Assembly (NCBI RefSeq): GCF_902713615.1
Contig: NW_024056036.1
Coordinates: forward strand, 310,001 to 374,000
Direction: 5' to 3'
Source: Scyliorhinus canicula
Taxonomy: Eukaryota
DNA length: 64,000 bases
How positions within the stretch are numbered: position 1 is the stretch's first letter; every line of letters starts with the position of its first letter. The translations under genes and the position numbers were made by a program. A model generated the notes under the pieces. It was not told the DNA's origin and ran no database searches. It saw only the letters and a list, made by a program, of their open reading frames with translations. This document shows, piece after piece, positions 50,385 through 62,189 of this stretch.

Positions 50385-51095
50385 GTAAGAACCATTCAAT
50401 TATTTACTAACTGTTTTACTTTAGTCGTTGTTTCATATTTTGTCAGTTTTAAAAATTCATTCGTTCACTGAAATGTGGTTTGGTGGATTCTGTATTGAGA
50501 TGTTTTGCAATGTTTCATATGATTCTACTGAAAAATGTTATAGAATTAAGCGATTTTTGACAAAAAGATGCTGCTGAGGGATACAGTCCCTGGTTGTTGT
50601 AGTGTGGTGTTTATTTTCTGAGGATACAGTGTGTTGGGTTACTTTAAATACCTAAAAGTTGTTATTAAACAGTTTGGCGTTTCTGCAGCGTCTAATCCAG
50701 GTTGCATCTGATGGCTTTAAATTTTATCACCTGATACAACATCTACTGATACTGTTTGAAATATTACACAATATTAATTAAATGTGGCAAAGTTCCAATC
50801 TTGATTTATTGAACATAATCTACGTGCTCAAAATGCCGGTGGCAATGTTACATATTTCTGTTTAATTTAATATTGTAATGAATTCGTTTGGTGATGAGCT
50901 GATTGGCTGTATATTTTATCGAGGTTTTGCTGCAATGTTGCAATTGGTTCTGTTGAATGTTTTTGTCGAAGTGACTTGCTTCTCCATAAAATGAGTTTCA
51001 GCCGCTAAATGATGTGATTTGATGTTTTCCTGCTGTGGAGATTGTGTGTCTGGGCGACATTGAATCTTTAAAAATTGTGAAAAGATTTGGCGTTT

Positions 51096-51304
51096 CTGCA
51101 TTGTTCCTGCATTGTCCCTGCATTGTTTCTGCATTGTTCCTGCATTGTTCCTGCATTGTCCCTGCATTGTCCCTGCATTGTCCCTGCATTGTCCCTGCAT
51201 TGTTCCTGCATTGTCCCTGCATTGTCCCTGCATTGTCCCTGCATTGTTTCTGCATTGTTTCTGCATTGTCCCTGCATTGTTTCTGCATTGTTTTTGCATT
51301 GTTT
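51096..51304. repeat. 11-bp tandem array CTGCATTGTYY (19 units)
   Basis: Uninterrupted 11-nt periodicity, counted directly. Confidence 0.97.
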
Positions 51305-52905
51305 AAACTCGGTGACATTGAGCTAGCAGTTACACGTGTTCTCGTTGAATGCCAACAGTCTAAGCGTTTGAATGTTTTGAAGTAAGACTGTAGACAGACA
51401 ATCGGCTGGTTTTGGGAATTAAGAAAAAAATTAAGATATAAAGATAGAACAAGTTTTGAATTTTAGTTGATAATTACAGAATAACCCACGGTTTACAACA
51501 ATCATTCAGAACCTATTTCAGAAACTGTTGATTAACAATTTTGAAAATTGCAGGGTCAATTGGTGCAATTTAAACAAATCAAATGCGGTCATATAACATA
51601 TCAACCAAAGATGTTTTTATATTAATATCATTAATCATCAATAACCTTTCACAATTCAGCTGCAATTTGCGCACTATTAACATGGCCGGAAAAGTTTATA
51701 GGTTGGGAACATTTCTTGATTCACTTAAATCGGAATTTTACATTGCAGTTGGGCAATATATGGATCCAGTTATAATATTCTTACAGTGCGACGCAACTAT
51801 ATAATTCATTCAATTCCATGTGTAGTTGGATAGCAAGATAATTGGCATTAATCTGATCATGTGGAAGTGGCTGACGTTCAAGGAATTGTTCATATGGTTC
51901 GACTTGAATTGTCGGATGGTTAACTGCATTTGGCGAGTGATTGAAAAGTAAAGGCTTGAAATTCAAATAGATAAATTTAATCACAGAAGGTAAAAATTAG
52001 CTGGACAATAAGTAATAACATCTTGTCTCAATTTCTGTGCTGTACATAGGATAGAATTATAGGAAACAGAAATGGCAAAATAGAAGAATAGATTTGATCT
52101 GAGCCTTGGTTAATCCTTATTAAATATTAAATTTAACAGAAAATCTCGACTTAACTTGTACATTATATTTGAGTGCTGCAGAGGATCTGGATGAATTGTT
52201 TTCACTGTGGTTTACGCTGATTATTTCGGATCTCCTTTAATGAAGCATTATTTTAATAATTAAATTGCTTGGATTGTCTGAATCATTCAATCTAGGAAAC
52301 ATCTTTATTGATCCCAAACTGCCAGGGGCATTATTTATTTATCTATGTAGTTTCGCGCGGGAGTCCTGCTTTAACAAGCAGATGATGTTACATGTCCCGA
52401 TCGCAGTTACTGCGATGTCAACCTGATTAAAAATATTTAAAATACTCCACTCATAAGTTTATCATGTAAATTACACTCTGAGAATAAATGGAATTTAAGA
52501 TTTATAAACATGCTCTGAAATATGCATATTGAACATTTTTGTAGGTTAAAAGAGTGTAGTTGGAGTAAAGGTAAAATATAAAATTAATTAGATTCAATTA
52601 AAAGTAATAATATTCTTTATTATTGTCACAAGTAGGCTTGCATTAACACTGCAATGAAGTTACTGTGAAAATCCCCTAGACGCCACACCCCAGCGTCTGT
52701 TCGGGCACACAGAGTGTTCACCTAACATGTCTGAATACTTCCACCCAGAAATTCAACATTGTATTCTTTAACACTGCTTAAGATTGAATTAAATTGTTTA
52801 GCAAAGTTCCAGGCAGAAACAAGTTTGAATTATTTATTGTTTTAATATTGAGTACACATCGCCTCATGGAAGAACTAACTGACAATTAACAATAAATTAC
52901 AACAT

Positions 52906-55459
52906 GGGAGGGGGGGGCTTTGCCCCCGACGATGTCGCGGGCACTGATCTCTCTGATCCTGAAGCGGGATAAGGACCCCTTGCAGTGTGGATCATACAGG
53001 CCTATCTCGCTCCTCAATGTTGACGCTAAGTTGCTGGCGAAGATCCTGGCCACCAGGATAGAGGACTGTGTGCCAGGGGTGATACATGAGGATCAGATAG
53101 GATTTGTCAAGGGACGGCAGCTCAACACGAATGTGCGGAGACTACTAAATGTTATTATGATGCCGGCAGTGGAGGGGGAGGCTGAGATAGTGGTGGCGCT
53201 GGATGCGGAGAAAGCATTTGATAGAGTTGAGTGGGGGTACCTGTGGGAGGTGCTGGAGCGGTTCGGATTCGGGGAGGGATTCATCAAGTGGGTGAGGCTG
53301 CTCTACGCGGCTCCGATGGCGAGTGTAGTTACCAATGGAAGGAGATCGGAGTACTTTAGGCTCTACCGTGGGACCAGGCAGGGGTGCCCCCTGTCCCCCT
53401 TGCTCTTTGCACTGGCGATTGAACCTTTGGCTATGGCGTTGAGGGAGTCAGGGAGATGGAGGGGTCTGGTGCGGGGTGGGGAGGAACATCGTGTATCGCT
53501 GTATGCGGACGACCTGCTGTTGTATGTGGCGGATCCAGAAGGGGGAATGCCGGGGGTGATGGAGCTGTTAGCGGAATTTGGGGGCTTCTCGGGCTATAAG
53601 TTAAATTTAGGCAAGAGTGAGGTATTTGTAGTACACCCGGGTGATCAGGAGGAGGGAATCGGGAGACTCCCATTTAAGAGGGCAGTGAAGAGTTTCAGAT
53701 ACCTGGGGGTGCAGGTGGCCAGGAGTTGGGGGACTCTCCATAAGCTTAATTTTACCAGGCTGGTGGAGCAGATGGAAGAGGAATTTAAAAGGTGGGACAT
53801 GGTGCCGCTATCGTTGGCGGGTAGAGTGCAGTCCGTCAAAATGACGGTTCTCCCGAGGTTCTTGTTCCTTTTTCAGTGTTTGCCCATCTTTATCCCGAGG
53901 GCCTTTTTTAGAAGGGTGACTAGCAGCATCATAAGCTTTGTTTGGGCGCATGGGACCCCGAGGGTGAAGAGGGTCTTCTTGGAGCGGGGTAGAGATGGTG
54001 GGGGGCTGGCGTTACCCAATCTCTCGGGGTATTATTGGGCGGCCAATGTGTCGATGGTGCGCAAGTGGGTAATGGAGGGGGAGAGGGCAGCATGGAAACG
54101 GATGGAGAGGGCGTCCTGTGGCGATACAAGCCTGGGGGCCCTGGTAACGGCGCCGTGGCCGTTCCCTCCTACGAGGTGTACCACGAGTCCGGTGGTGGCG
54201 GCTACCCTCAAGATTTGGGGGCAGTGGAGGCGACATAGGGGAGAAGTGGGGGGCTCGATGGAGGCTCCATTAAGGGGGAACCATAGGTTCGTCCCGGGGA
54301 ACATTGATGGGGGATTTCAGGGTTGGCACAGAGCGGGCATCAGACAGCTGAGGGACCTATTTATTGATGGGAGGTTTGCGAGCCTGGGGGAGTTGGAGGA
54401 GAAATTTGGGCTCCCCCGGGGAACATGTTCAGGTATCTGCAGATAAAGGCATTTGCTAGGCGGCAGGTGGAGGGATTCCCTTCGCTTCCCGCGAGGGGGG
54501 TGAGCGACAGGGTGCTTTCGGGGGTCTGGGTCGGAGAGGGGAAGATATCTGATATCTACAAGGTTATGCAGGAGGCGGAGGAGGCGTCAGTAGAGGAGCT
54601 GAAAACGAAGTGGGAGGGGGAACTGGGGGAACAGATCGAAGACGGGACATGGGCTGATGCCCTGGAGAGGGTTAATTCTTCCTCCTCGTGTGCGCGGCTT
54701 AGCCTCATCCAATTCAAGGTGCTGCACCGGGCCCACATGACTGGGACGAGGATGAGTAGGTTCTTTGGGGGTGAGGACAGGTGTGTCAGGTGCTCGGGGA
54801 GTCCAGCGAACCATGCCCATATGTTCTGGGCATGCCCGGCACTGGAGGAGTTCTGGAAGGGGGTGGCGAGGACGGTGTCGAGGGTGGTGGGATCCAGGGT
54901 CAAGCCAGGATGGGGACTCGCGATTTTTGGGGTTGGGGTGGAGCCGGGAGTGCAGGAGGCGAAAGAGGCCGGTGTGCTGGCCTTTGCGTCCCTAGTAGCC
55001 CGGCGAAGGATCTTGCTACAATGGAAGGATGCGAGGCCCCCAAGCGTGGAGACCTGGATCAATGACATGGCGGGTTTCATTAAGCTAGAGAAGGTCAAAT
55101 TCGCCCTGAGAGCGTCGGTACAAGGGTTCTTTAGGCGGTGGCAGCCTTTTCTCGACTTTCTGGCTCAATGATAGGGTACGGGGACAGCAGCAGCAGCAAC
55201 CCGGGGAGGGAAAAGGGGAGGGAAAAGGGGAGGGAAAAGGGGGGGGGCCGACAATGACTATGTTTGTTTATTTAATTTTAATATTTTTAAAGTTCTTTTG
55301 TTGTTCATTAGGTTTGGGGGGGTGGGGGGATGTGATACATGCGCCGATACGGTCTGGGGGTGTCACAGTTATTATGGGTTATTTTGTTGCATTTCATTGT
55401 TTGTCGTTATGTTTTATATTTTCTGTAAAAAATTCCAATAAAAATTATATAAAAAAAAA
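52906..55459 (+). mobile_element. Young 5'-truncated L1-clade LINE with poly(A) and TSD
   Basis: TSD aacaataaattacaa at 52888-52902 and 55460-55474; AATAAA at ~55437 followed by an A tail; TT/AA-type target. Confidence 0.95.
52920..55171 (+). pseudogene. L1 ORF2 remnant: full RT domain and C-terminal Cys motif, one frameshift near 54420
   Basis: YRPISLLNVDAKLLAK, LDAEKAFDRVEW, GTRQGCPLSPLLF, YADD; CVRC...H..HMFWAC in ORF 54425-55171; frameshift lies in a C/G homopolymer. Confidence 0.92.
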
Positions 55460-56169
55460 AACAATAAATTACAATATAATACTCCTGCTAATTAATTAAA
55501 TATTAATGACCTCCGACAATTGATTTTCAGACTGTTGCGCAAAATATCAAAGCTGTCAAAGAATTTGAAATTGTATCGAAAATGTATTTTGCAAATAATA
55601 CGTTTCTTTACTCGGATGTTTCACCTCGATTATGTTGTTGATCAAGTTTAATTAAGAAATTAGATACATCAGGCAATCGGTTTTAAATGTGAATGTTTCC
55701 CAGTTTTTTTCATTCTCACCATGTCCCTGAAACTCTGTTACTCCCCTCAATCTGTAATATTTGATACGCTCATTTTCAGCAAAATTCTGTTTTGCCCAAA
55801 TTTCGAAATTTGAGAAAGAAAGGGACAAATAGTTGAGGGAGTTTTCAGATGATGATCAATTAATTTCGAAGAAGTTAGAGAATTATTGTTGTGGTCAATT
55901 CTGCTGATGATCAATCGGAATCAAACAATTTGAATGAATTTGGCAGGTTGAACAGATCTATCTGCTGAGAACCCGATTGTTGCACCGTTTGTGTTTGTTC
56001 AGTTTCTGTGCGCGGGGTCATTGTGTTGGGATCAGGAACCTTCCTGACTGGTTGTAAACCTTCTGCTTCCTTCTCCTGTATTTCCCAGTGAAATTTGATT
56101 TCTTTAAAAGGCTTATATCTGTGAGAAATGTGAATCTTTAACTTGGTGTTTGATATGGTGCCACAGATA

Positions 56170-58100
56170 TTGCTCTCACACCCACACACAAACACATTGT
56201 CAAACACACACAGGTTCTTTCCCCCCCCCCTCCCCCCCCCCCCCTCCACCCTCATCTGTCTGCCTCTCTCTCTCTTACTCACACACAAACAATGTCAAAA
56301 ATCTTTCTCTCCCCCACACACAGGCTCTTTCTCTCGCTACCACACACACACTCTCTCTCAAACACGCAATGTATTTCACAAAACCGTTCTCTCCCACACA
56401 CAAACACACAGACACGTTGCTAAACACACATGGGCTCTCTCTCTCTTTCTCTTTCTCTGTCTGTCACACATACACACTCAAACACACACTGTCTTTCACA
56501 AGATATTTCTCTCCCAAACACGCACTTACACACACATTATCAAACACACACAGTCTCTCTCTCCCTCTCTCTGTCTCTTCCCCCGCCCTCTCTCTCTTTC
56601 TCCCTTTCTCTCTCTCCCTCCCCCTCTGTCTCGCACACTCAACCACAGTTTTTCACAAAATCGTTATATCCCCACACGGAGACACCGACACACAAACACA
56701 TTGTTAAACACACGTTGTCTTTCTCTCTCTCTCTCTCTCTCTCACTCCCTCCCTCTCTCTCTCTCTTTCACTCTCTAAACCCCCTCTTTCTCTATCTGTT
56801 TATCTCTCTCTGACACACTCAAACATACAGTTTTTCACAAAATCCTTCTCGGCACACACCCACACACAAATACACNNNNNNNNNNNNNNNNNNNNNNNNN
56901 NNNNNNNNNNNNNNNNNNNNNNNNNNNNNNNNNNNNNNNNNNNNNNNNNNNNNNNNNNNNNNNNNNNNNNNNNNNNNNNNNNNNNNNNNNNNNNNNNNNN
57001 NNNNNNNNNNNNNNNNNNNNNNNNNNNNNNNNNNNNNNNNNNNNNNNNNNNNNNNNNNNNNNNNNNNNNNNNNNNNNNNNNNNNNNNNNNNNNNNNNNNN
57101 NNNNNNNGCACACAGTCTCTCTGTCTCTCTCTCCCTCATACCACCCNNNNNNNNNNNNNNNNNNNNNNNNNNNNNNNNNNNNNNNNNNNNNNNNNNNNNN
57201 NNNNNNNNNNNNNNNNNNNNNNNNNNNNNNNNNNNNNNNNNNNNNNNNNNNNNNNNNNNNNNNNNNNNNNNNNNNNNNNNNNNNNNNNNNNNNNNNNNNN
57301 NNNNNNNNNNNNNNNNNNNNNNNNNNNNNNNNNNNNNNNNNNNNNNNNNNNNNNNNNNNNNNNNNNNNNNNNNNNNNNNNNNNNNNNNNNNNNNNNNNNN
57401 NNNNNNNNNNNNNNNNNNNNNNNNNNNNNNNNNNNNNNNNNNNNNNNNNNNNNNNNNNNNNNNNNNNNNNNNNNNGCACACAGTCTCTCTCTCTGAATCT
57501 CTCTCCCCCTCATACCCCCCGCCACACACACACAGTCTCTCTCTCTCTCTTTCTCTCTCTTCCTGTCTCTCTCCCTCTCCCTCATACCCACACACACGCG
57601 CACACAGTCTCTCTCTCTGCCTCTCTCTCTCCCTCACCCCCCCCCCCCCCACACACACACAGTCTCTCTCTCTTTCTCTGTCTCTCTCTCTCCCTCATAC
57701 CCCCCCCCCCCCACACAGACACACAGTCTCTCTCTCTCTCTTTCTCTGTCTCTCTCTCTCTCCCTCATAACCCCCCCCCCCCCCCCCCCACGCACACACA
57801 AAGTCTATCTCTTTCTCTGCCTCTCTCTCCCTCATATCCACACACACACCGTCTCTCTCTCTCTCCCTTTCTCTCTCTCACACACACACACGCCATTCAC
57901 TCAAACACAGTCATTCTCTCCCACACACCCACACACACATCCATTCTCAAACACACACAGGCTCTTTCTCTCGCACAAACACATCCACACTGTCTTCCAA
58001 AAAATCTTTCCCTCTCTCACATGCGCACAAAGACAAACATACTCTCTGACACACACCAACACACACAGGAACAAGAGCCCTCTCACACACATTCTCTCTG
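56170..58100. repeat. Compound (CT)n/(CA)n low-complexity tract containing two gaps
   Basis: Directly visible simple repeats and poly(C) runs. Confidence 0.9.
56876..57475. other. Assembly gaps (56876-57107 and 57147-57475)
   Basis: N runs of 232 and 329 nt separated by 39 bases of sequence. Confidence 0.99.
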
Positions 58101-58108
58101 GCAGACAG

Positions 58109-61000
58109 AACCAACCCTCACCCAGCCTCACTCACCCACACTCACCCAGCCTCACTCACCCACCCTCACCCAGCCTCACTCACCCACCCTCACAAACCAA
58201 CCCTCACCCAGCCACACTCACCCGCCCTCACTAACCAACCCTCACCCAGCCTCACTCACCCACCCTCACTAACCAACCCTCACCCAGCCTCACTCACCCA
58301 CCCTCACTAACCAACCCTCACCCAGCCTCACTCATCCACCCTCACTAACCAACCCTCACCCAGCCTCACTAACCAACCCTCACCCAGCCTCACTCACCCA
58401 CCCTCACTAACCAGCCCTCACCCGGCCTCACTCACCCACCCTCACTAATCAACCCTCACCCAGCCTCACTCACCCACCCTCACTAACCAACCCTCACCCA
58501 GCCTCACTCACCCACCCTCACTCACCCACCCTCACCCAGCCTCACTCACCCACCCTCACTAACCAACCCCCACCCAGTCTCACTCACCCACCCTCACTAA
58601 CCAACCCTCACCCAGCCTCACTCACCCACCCTCACTAACCAACCCTCACCCAGTCTCACTCACCCACCCTCACTAACCAACCCTCACCCAGCCTCACTCA
58701 CCCACCCTCACCCACCCACCCTCACTCACCCACCCTCACCCACCCTCACTAACCAACCCTCACTCAGCCTCACTCACCCACCCACCCTCACCCACCCTCA
58801 CCCAGCCTCACTCACCCACCCTCACTAACCAACCCTCACACAGCCTCACCCACCCACCCTCACTAACCAACCCTCACCAGGTCTCACTCACCCACCCTCA
58901 CTAACCAACCCTCACCCAGCCTCACACACCCACCCTCACTAACCAACCCTCACCCAGCCTCGCTCACCCACCCTCACTAACCAACCCTCACCCAGCCTCA
59001 CTCACCCACCCTCACTAACCAACCCTCACCCAGCCTCACTCACCCACCCTCACTCACCCACCCTCACTCACCCACCCTCACCCAGCCTCACTCACCCACC
59101 CTCACTCACCAACCCTCACCCAGCTTCACACACCCACCCTCACTAACCAACCCTCACCCAGCCTCACTCACCCACCCTCACTAACCAACCCTCACCCAGC
59201 CTCACTCACCCACCCTCACACAGCCTCACCCACCCACCCTCACTAACCAACCCTCACCCACCCTCACTAACCAACCCACACCCACCCTCACTCACCAACC
59301 CTCACCCACCCTCACTAACCAACCCTCACCCACCCTCACTCACCAACCCTCACTAACCAACCCTCACCCAGCCTCACTCACCCATCCTCGCTAACCAAAC
59401 CTCACCCACCCTCACTCACCCACCCTCACTAACCAACCCTCACCCAGCCTCACTCACCCACCCTCACTAACTAACCCTCACCCAGCCTCACTCACCCACC
59501 CTCACTAACCAACCCTCACCCAGCCTCACTCACCCACACTCACTAACCAACCCTCACTCAGCCTCACTCACCCACCCTCACCCAGCCTTACTCACCCACC
59601 CTCACTAACCAACCCTCACCCAGCCTCACTCACCCCCCCTCACTAGCCAACCCTCACCCAGCCTCACTCACCTACCCTCACCCGGCCTCACTCACCCACC
59701 CTCACTCACCCACCCTCACCCAGCCTCACTCACCCACCCTCACTAACCAACCCTCACCCAGCCTCACTCACCCACACTCGCTAACCAACCCTCACCCAGT
59801 CTCACACACCCACCCTCATTAACCAACCCTCACCCAGCCTCACTCACCCACCCTCACTAACCAACCCTCACCCAGCCTCACTCACCCATCCTCACTAACC
59901 AACCCTCACCCAGCCTCACTCACCCATCCTCACTAACCAACCCTCACCCAGCCTCACTCACCCACCCTCACTAACCAACCCTCACCCAGCCTCACTCACC
60001 CACCCTCACTAACCAACCCTCACCCAGTCTCACTCACCCACCCTCACTAACCAACCCTCACCCAGTCTCACACACCCACCCTCACTAACCAACACTCACC
60101 CAGCCTCACTCACCCACACTCAATCACCACACTCACTCACCAACTCTCACTCACACTCACTCACACTTACTCACACACATTCAACCAGCCCACTCACACT
60201 CACTCACCACCCTCACCCACCCTCATTCACTCTCACTCACTCGCCCACCCTCACCCACACTCACACTCACTCACCAGCCCTCACCCACCCTCACTCATTC
60301 ACCCTCACTCACCCTCATTCACTCTCACTCACTCACCCACCCTACCCACACTCACACTCACTCACCCTCACTCACCAACCCTCACTCACACTCACTCACC
60401 CACACTCAACTACCCCACTCACACTCACTCACCCTCACTCACCAACCCTCACTCACCCTCACTCACCAATCCTCTCCCACCCTCACTCACTCACACTCAT
60501 TCACCCACACTGAATCACCCACTCACACTCATTCACCCCCACTCACCCTCACTCACCAACCCTCACGCACCCTCATTCACTCTCACTCACTCACCCACCC
60601 TACACACACTCACTCACACTCACTGACCCTCACTCACCAACCCTCACTGACACTCGCTCACCCACACTCAACTACCCCACTCACACTCACTCACCCTCAC
60701 TCACCAACCCTCACACACTCACTCACCAGTCCTCACTCACTCACACTCACTTTTTCACTCACTCCACACAACTTAATTCACTCCCCTCACTCAACCAGTC
60801 TCACACACCCACCCTCGCTCACTTTTCATAACTCACCCACCCTCACTCACCCACACTCATTCACCCTCACTCATCCACCCTCATTTACTCAACCCCATTT
60901 CCCCGCCCTCACTGAGCCTCACCTTCATTCACCTACCTTCACTCACTCAGTAGGCCTCATTCACACATGCTCACTCACACACTGTCACTCACTCTCCTTC
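58109..61000. repeat. C-rich 38-bp minisatellite ctcacccagcctcactcacccaccctcactaaccaacc, degrading to CTCA-based repeats after ~60100
   Basis: Direct periodicity. Confidence 0.95.
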
Positions 61001-61096
61001 ACTCATCCACCCTCCATTACTCACGCAGCCACATTCATGAAGCTCAGCTCACCCAAACTCTCACTCAACACCAAACCGCCCACCCATGTATTTACA

Positions 61097-61728
61097 TGAT
61101 GTGGCGATGCCGGCGTTGGACTGGGGTGAGCTCAGTAAGAAGTCTGACAACACTAGATTAAAGTCCAACAGGTTTGTTTCAAACACGAGCTTTCAGAGCG
61201 CAGCTCCATCCTCAGGTGAGTGAAAAGGTAGGTTCCAGAAATATATACAGACAGAAATCTGTATGCATGTTTCTGGAACATACCTCTTCATTCGGGCAGC
61301 ACGGTAGCATGGTGGTTAGCATAAATGCTTCACAGCTCCAGGGTCCCAGGTTCGATTCCCGGCTGGGTCACTGTCTGTGCGGAGTCTGCACGTCCTCCCC
61401 CTGTGTGCGTGGGTTTCCTCCGGGTGCTCTGGTTTCCTCCCACAGTCCAAAGATGTGCGGGTTAGGTGGATTGGCCATGCTAAATTGCCCGTAGTATCCT
61501 AAAAAGTAATGTTAAGGGGGGGTTGTTGGGTTACGGGTATAGGGTGGATACGTGGGTTTGAGTAGGGTGATCATTGCTTGGCACAACATCGAGGGCCGAA
61601 GGGCCTGTTCTGTACTGTCCTGTTCTATGTTCTGTTCATCTGAGGAAGGAGCTGCGCTCCGAAAGCTAGTGTTTGAAACAAACCTGTTATACTTTAACCT
61701 GGTGTTGTGAGACTTCTCACTGAGCTCA
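61097..61728. mobile_element. Miniature Penelope derivative: two pLTR ends head-to-head with no ORF; SINE inserted
   Basis: Left end tgatgtggcgatgccggcgttggac... is inverted against the right end ...gacttctcactgagctca; hammerhead motifs at 61184-61218 (-) and 61637-61671 (+). Confidence 0.85.
61294..61633 (+). mobile_element. tRNA-derived SINE (HE1/V-SINE-like)
   Basis: Full-length copy of the 9269-9600 family. Confidence 0.93.
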
Positions 61729-62189
61729 TTTATTTTCAAGCACCACCGTCGCCCATACATCCTCCTTCACTCACCAATCCATCCTCACTCATTTTTAATC
61801 ACACACCCATCCTCATGCTCCACACTCATACGCGCCTACCATTGTTAATGCACGCACATTGACACACCCAGCCACCCTCTTCTCACTCCAGCCCTAAATC
61901 ACACCCCTGCTCGCTCACCCTCATTCACTTGTCCCCTTGCTCACTAAATCGGCGGGAGTTAGTCTGCAACGAGAGAGGAACAGAGAATTGGAGCGAGGAG
62001 CGAGAGCGAGTGGTGGCCAAACGTGGGTGCCTGGCAAGGGAGCAGTAAGACTCAGGAGAAAGAGAAGAGAGCTGGAGGAAAGCGTCAGGGTCGGGGGCTG
62101 GGAGAATTGTAAAGAGGACGTGGGAAAATATAGAGGGAGAGGAAAAATGACAAAGAGCCATGGAATCGCACAGAGAACCCTGGAAAAAG

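Noticed and set aside
50916-51385. Overlapping Cys- or Gln-rich ORFs
   Set aside because: Products of the 11-bp tandem array.
55911-58272. ORFs rich in S/L/T/H or R/E/V/C
   Set aside because: Translations of CT/CA microsatellites and N gaps.
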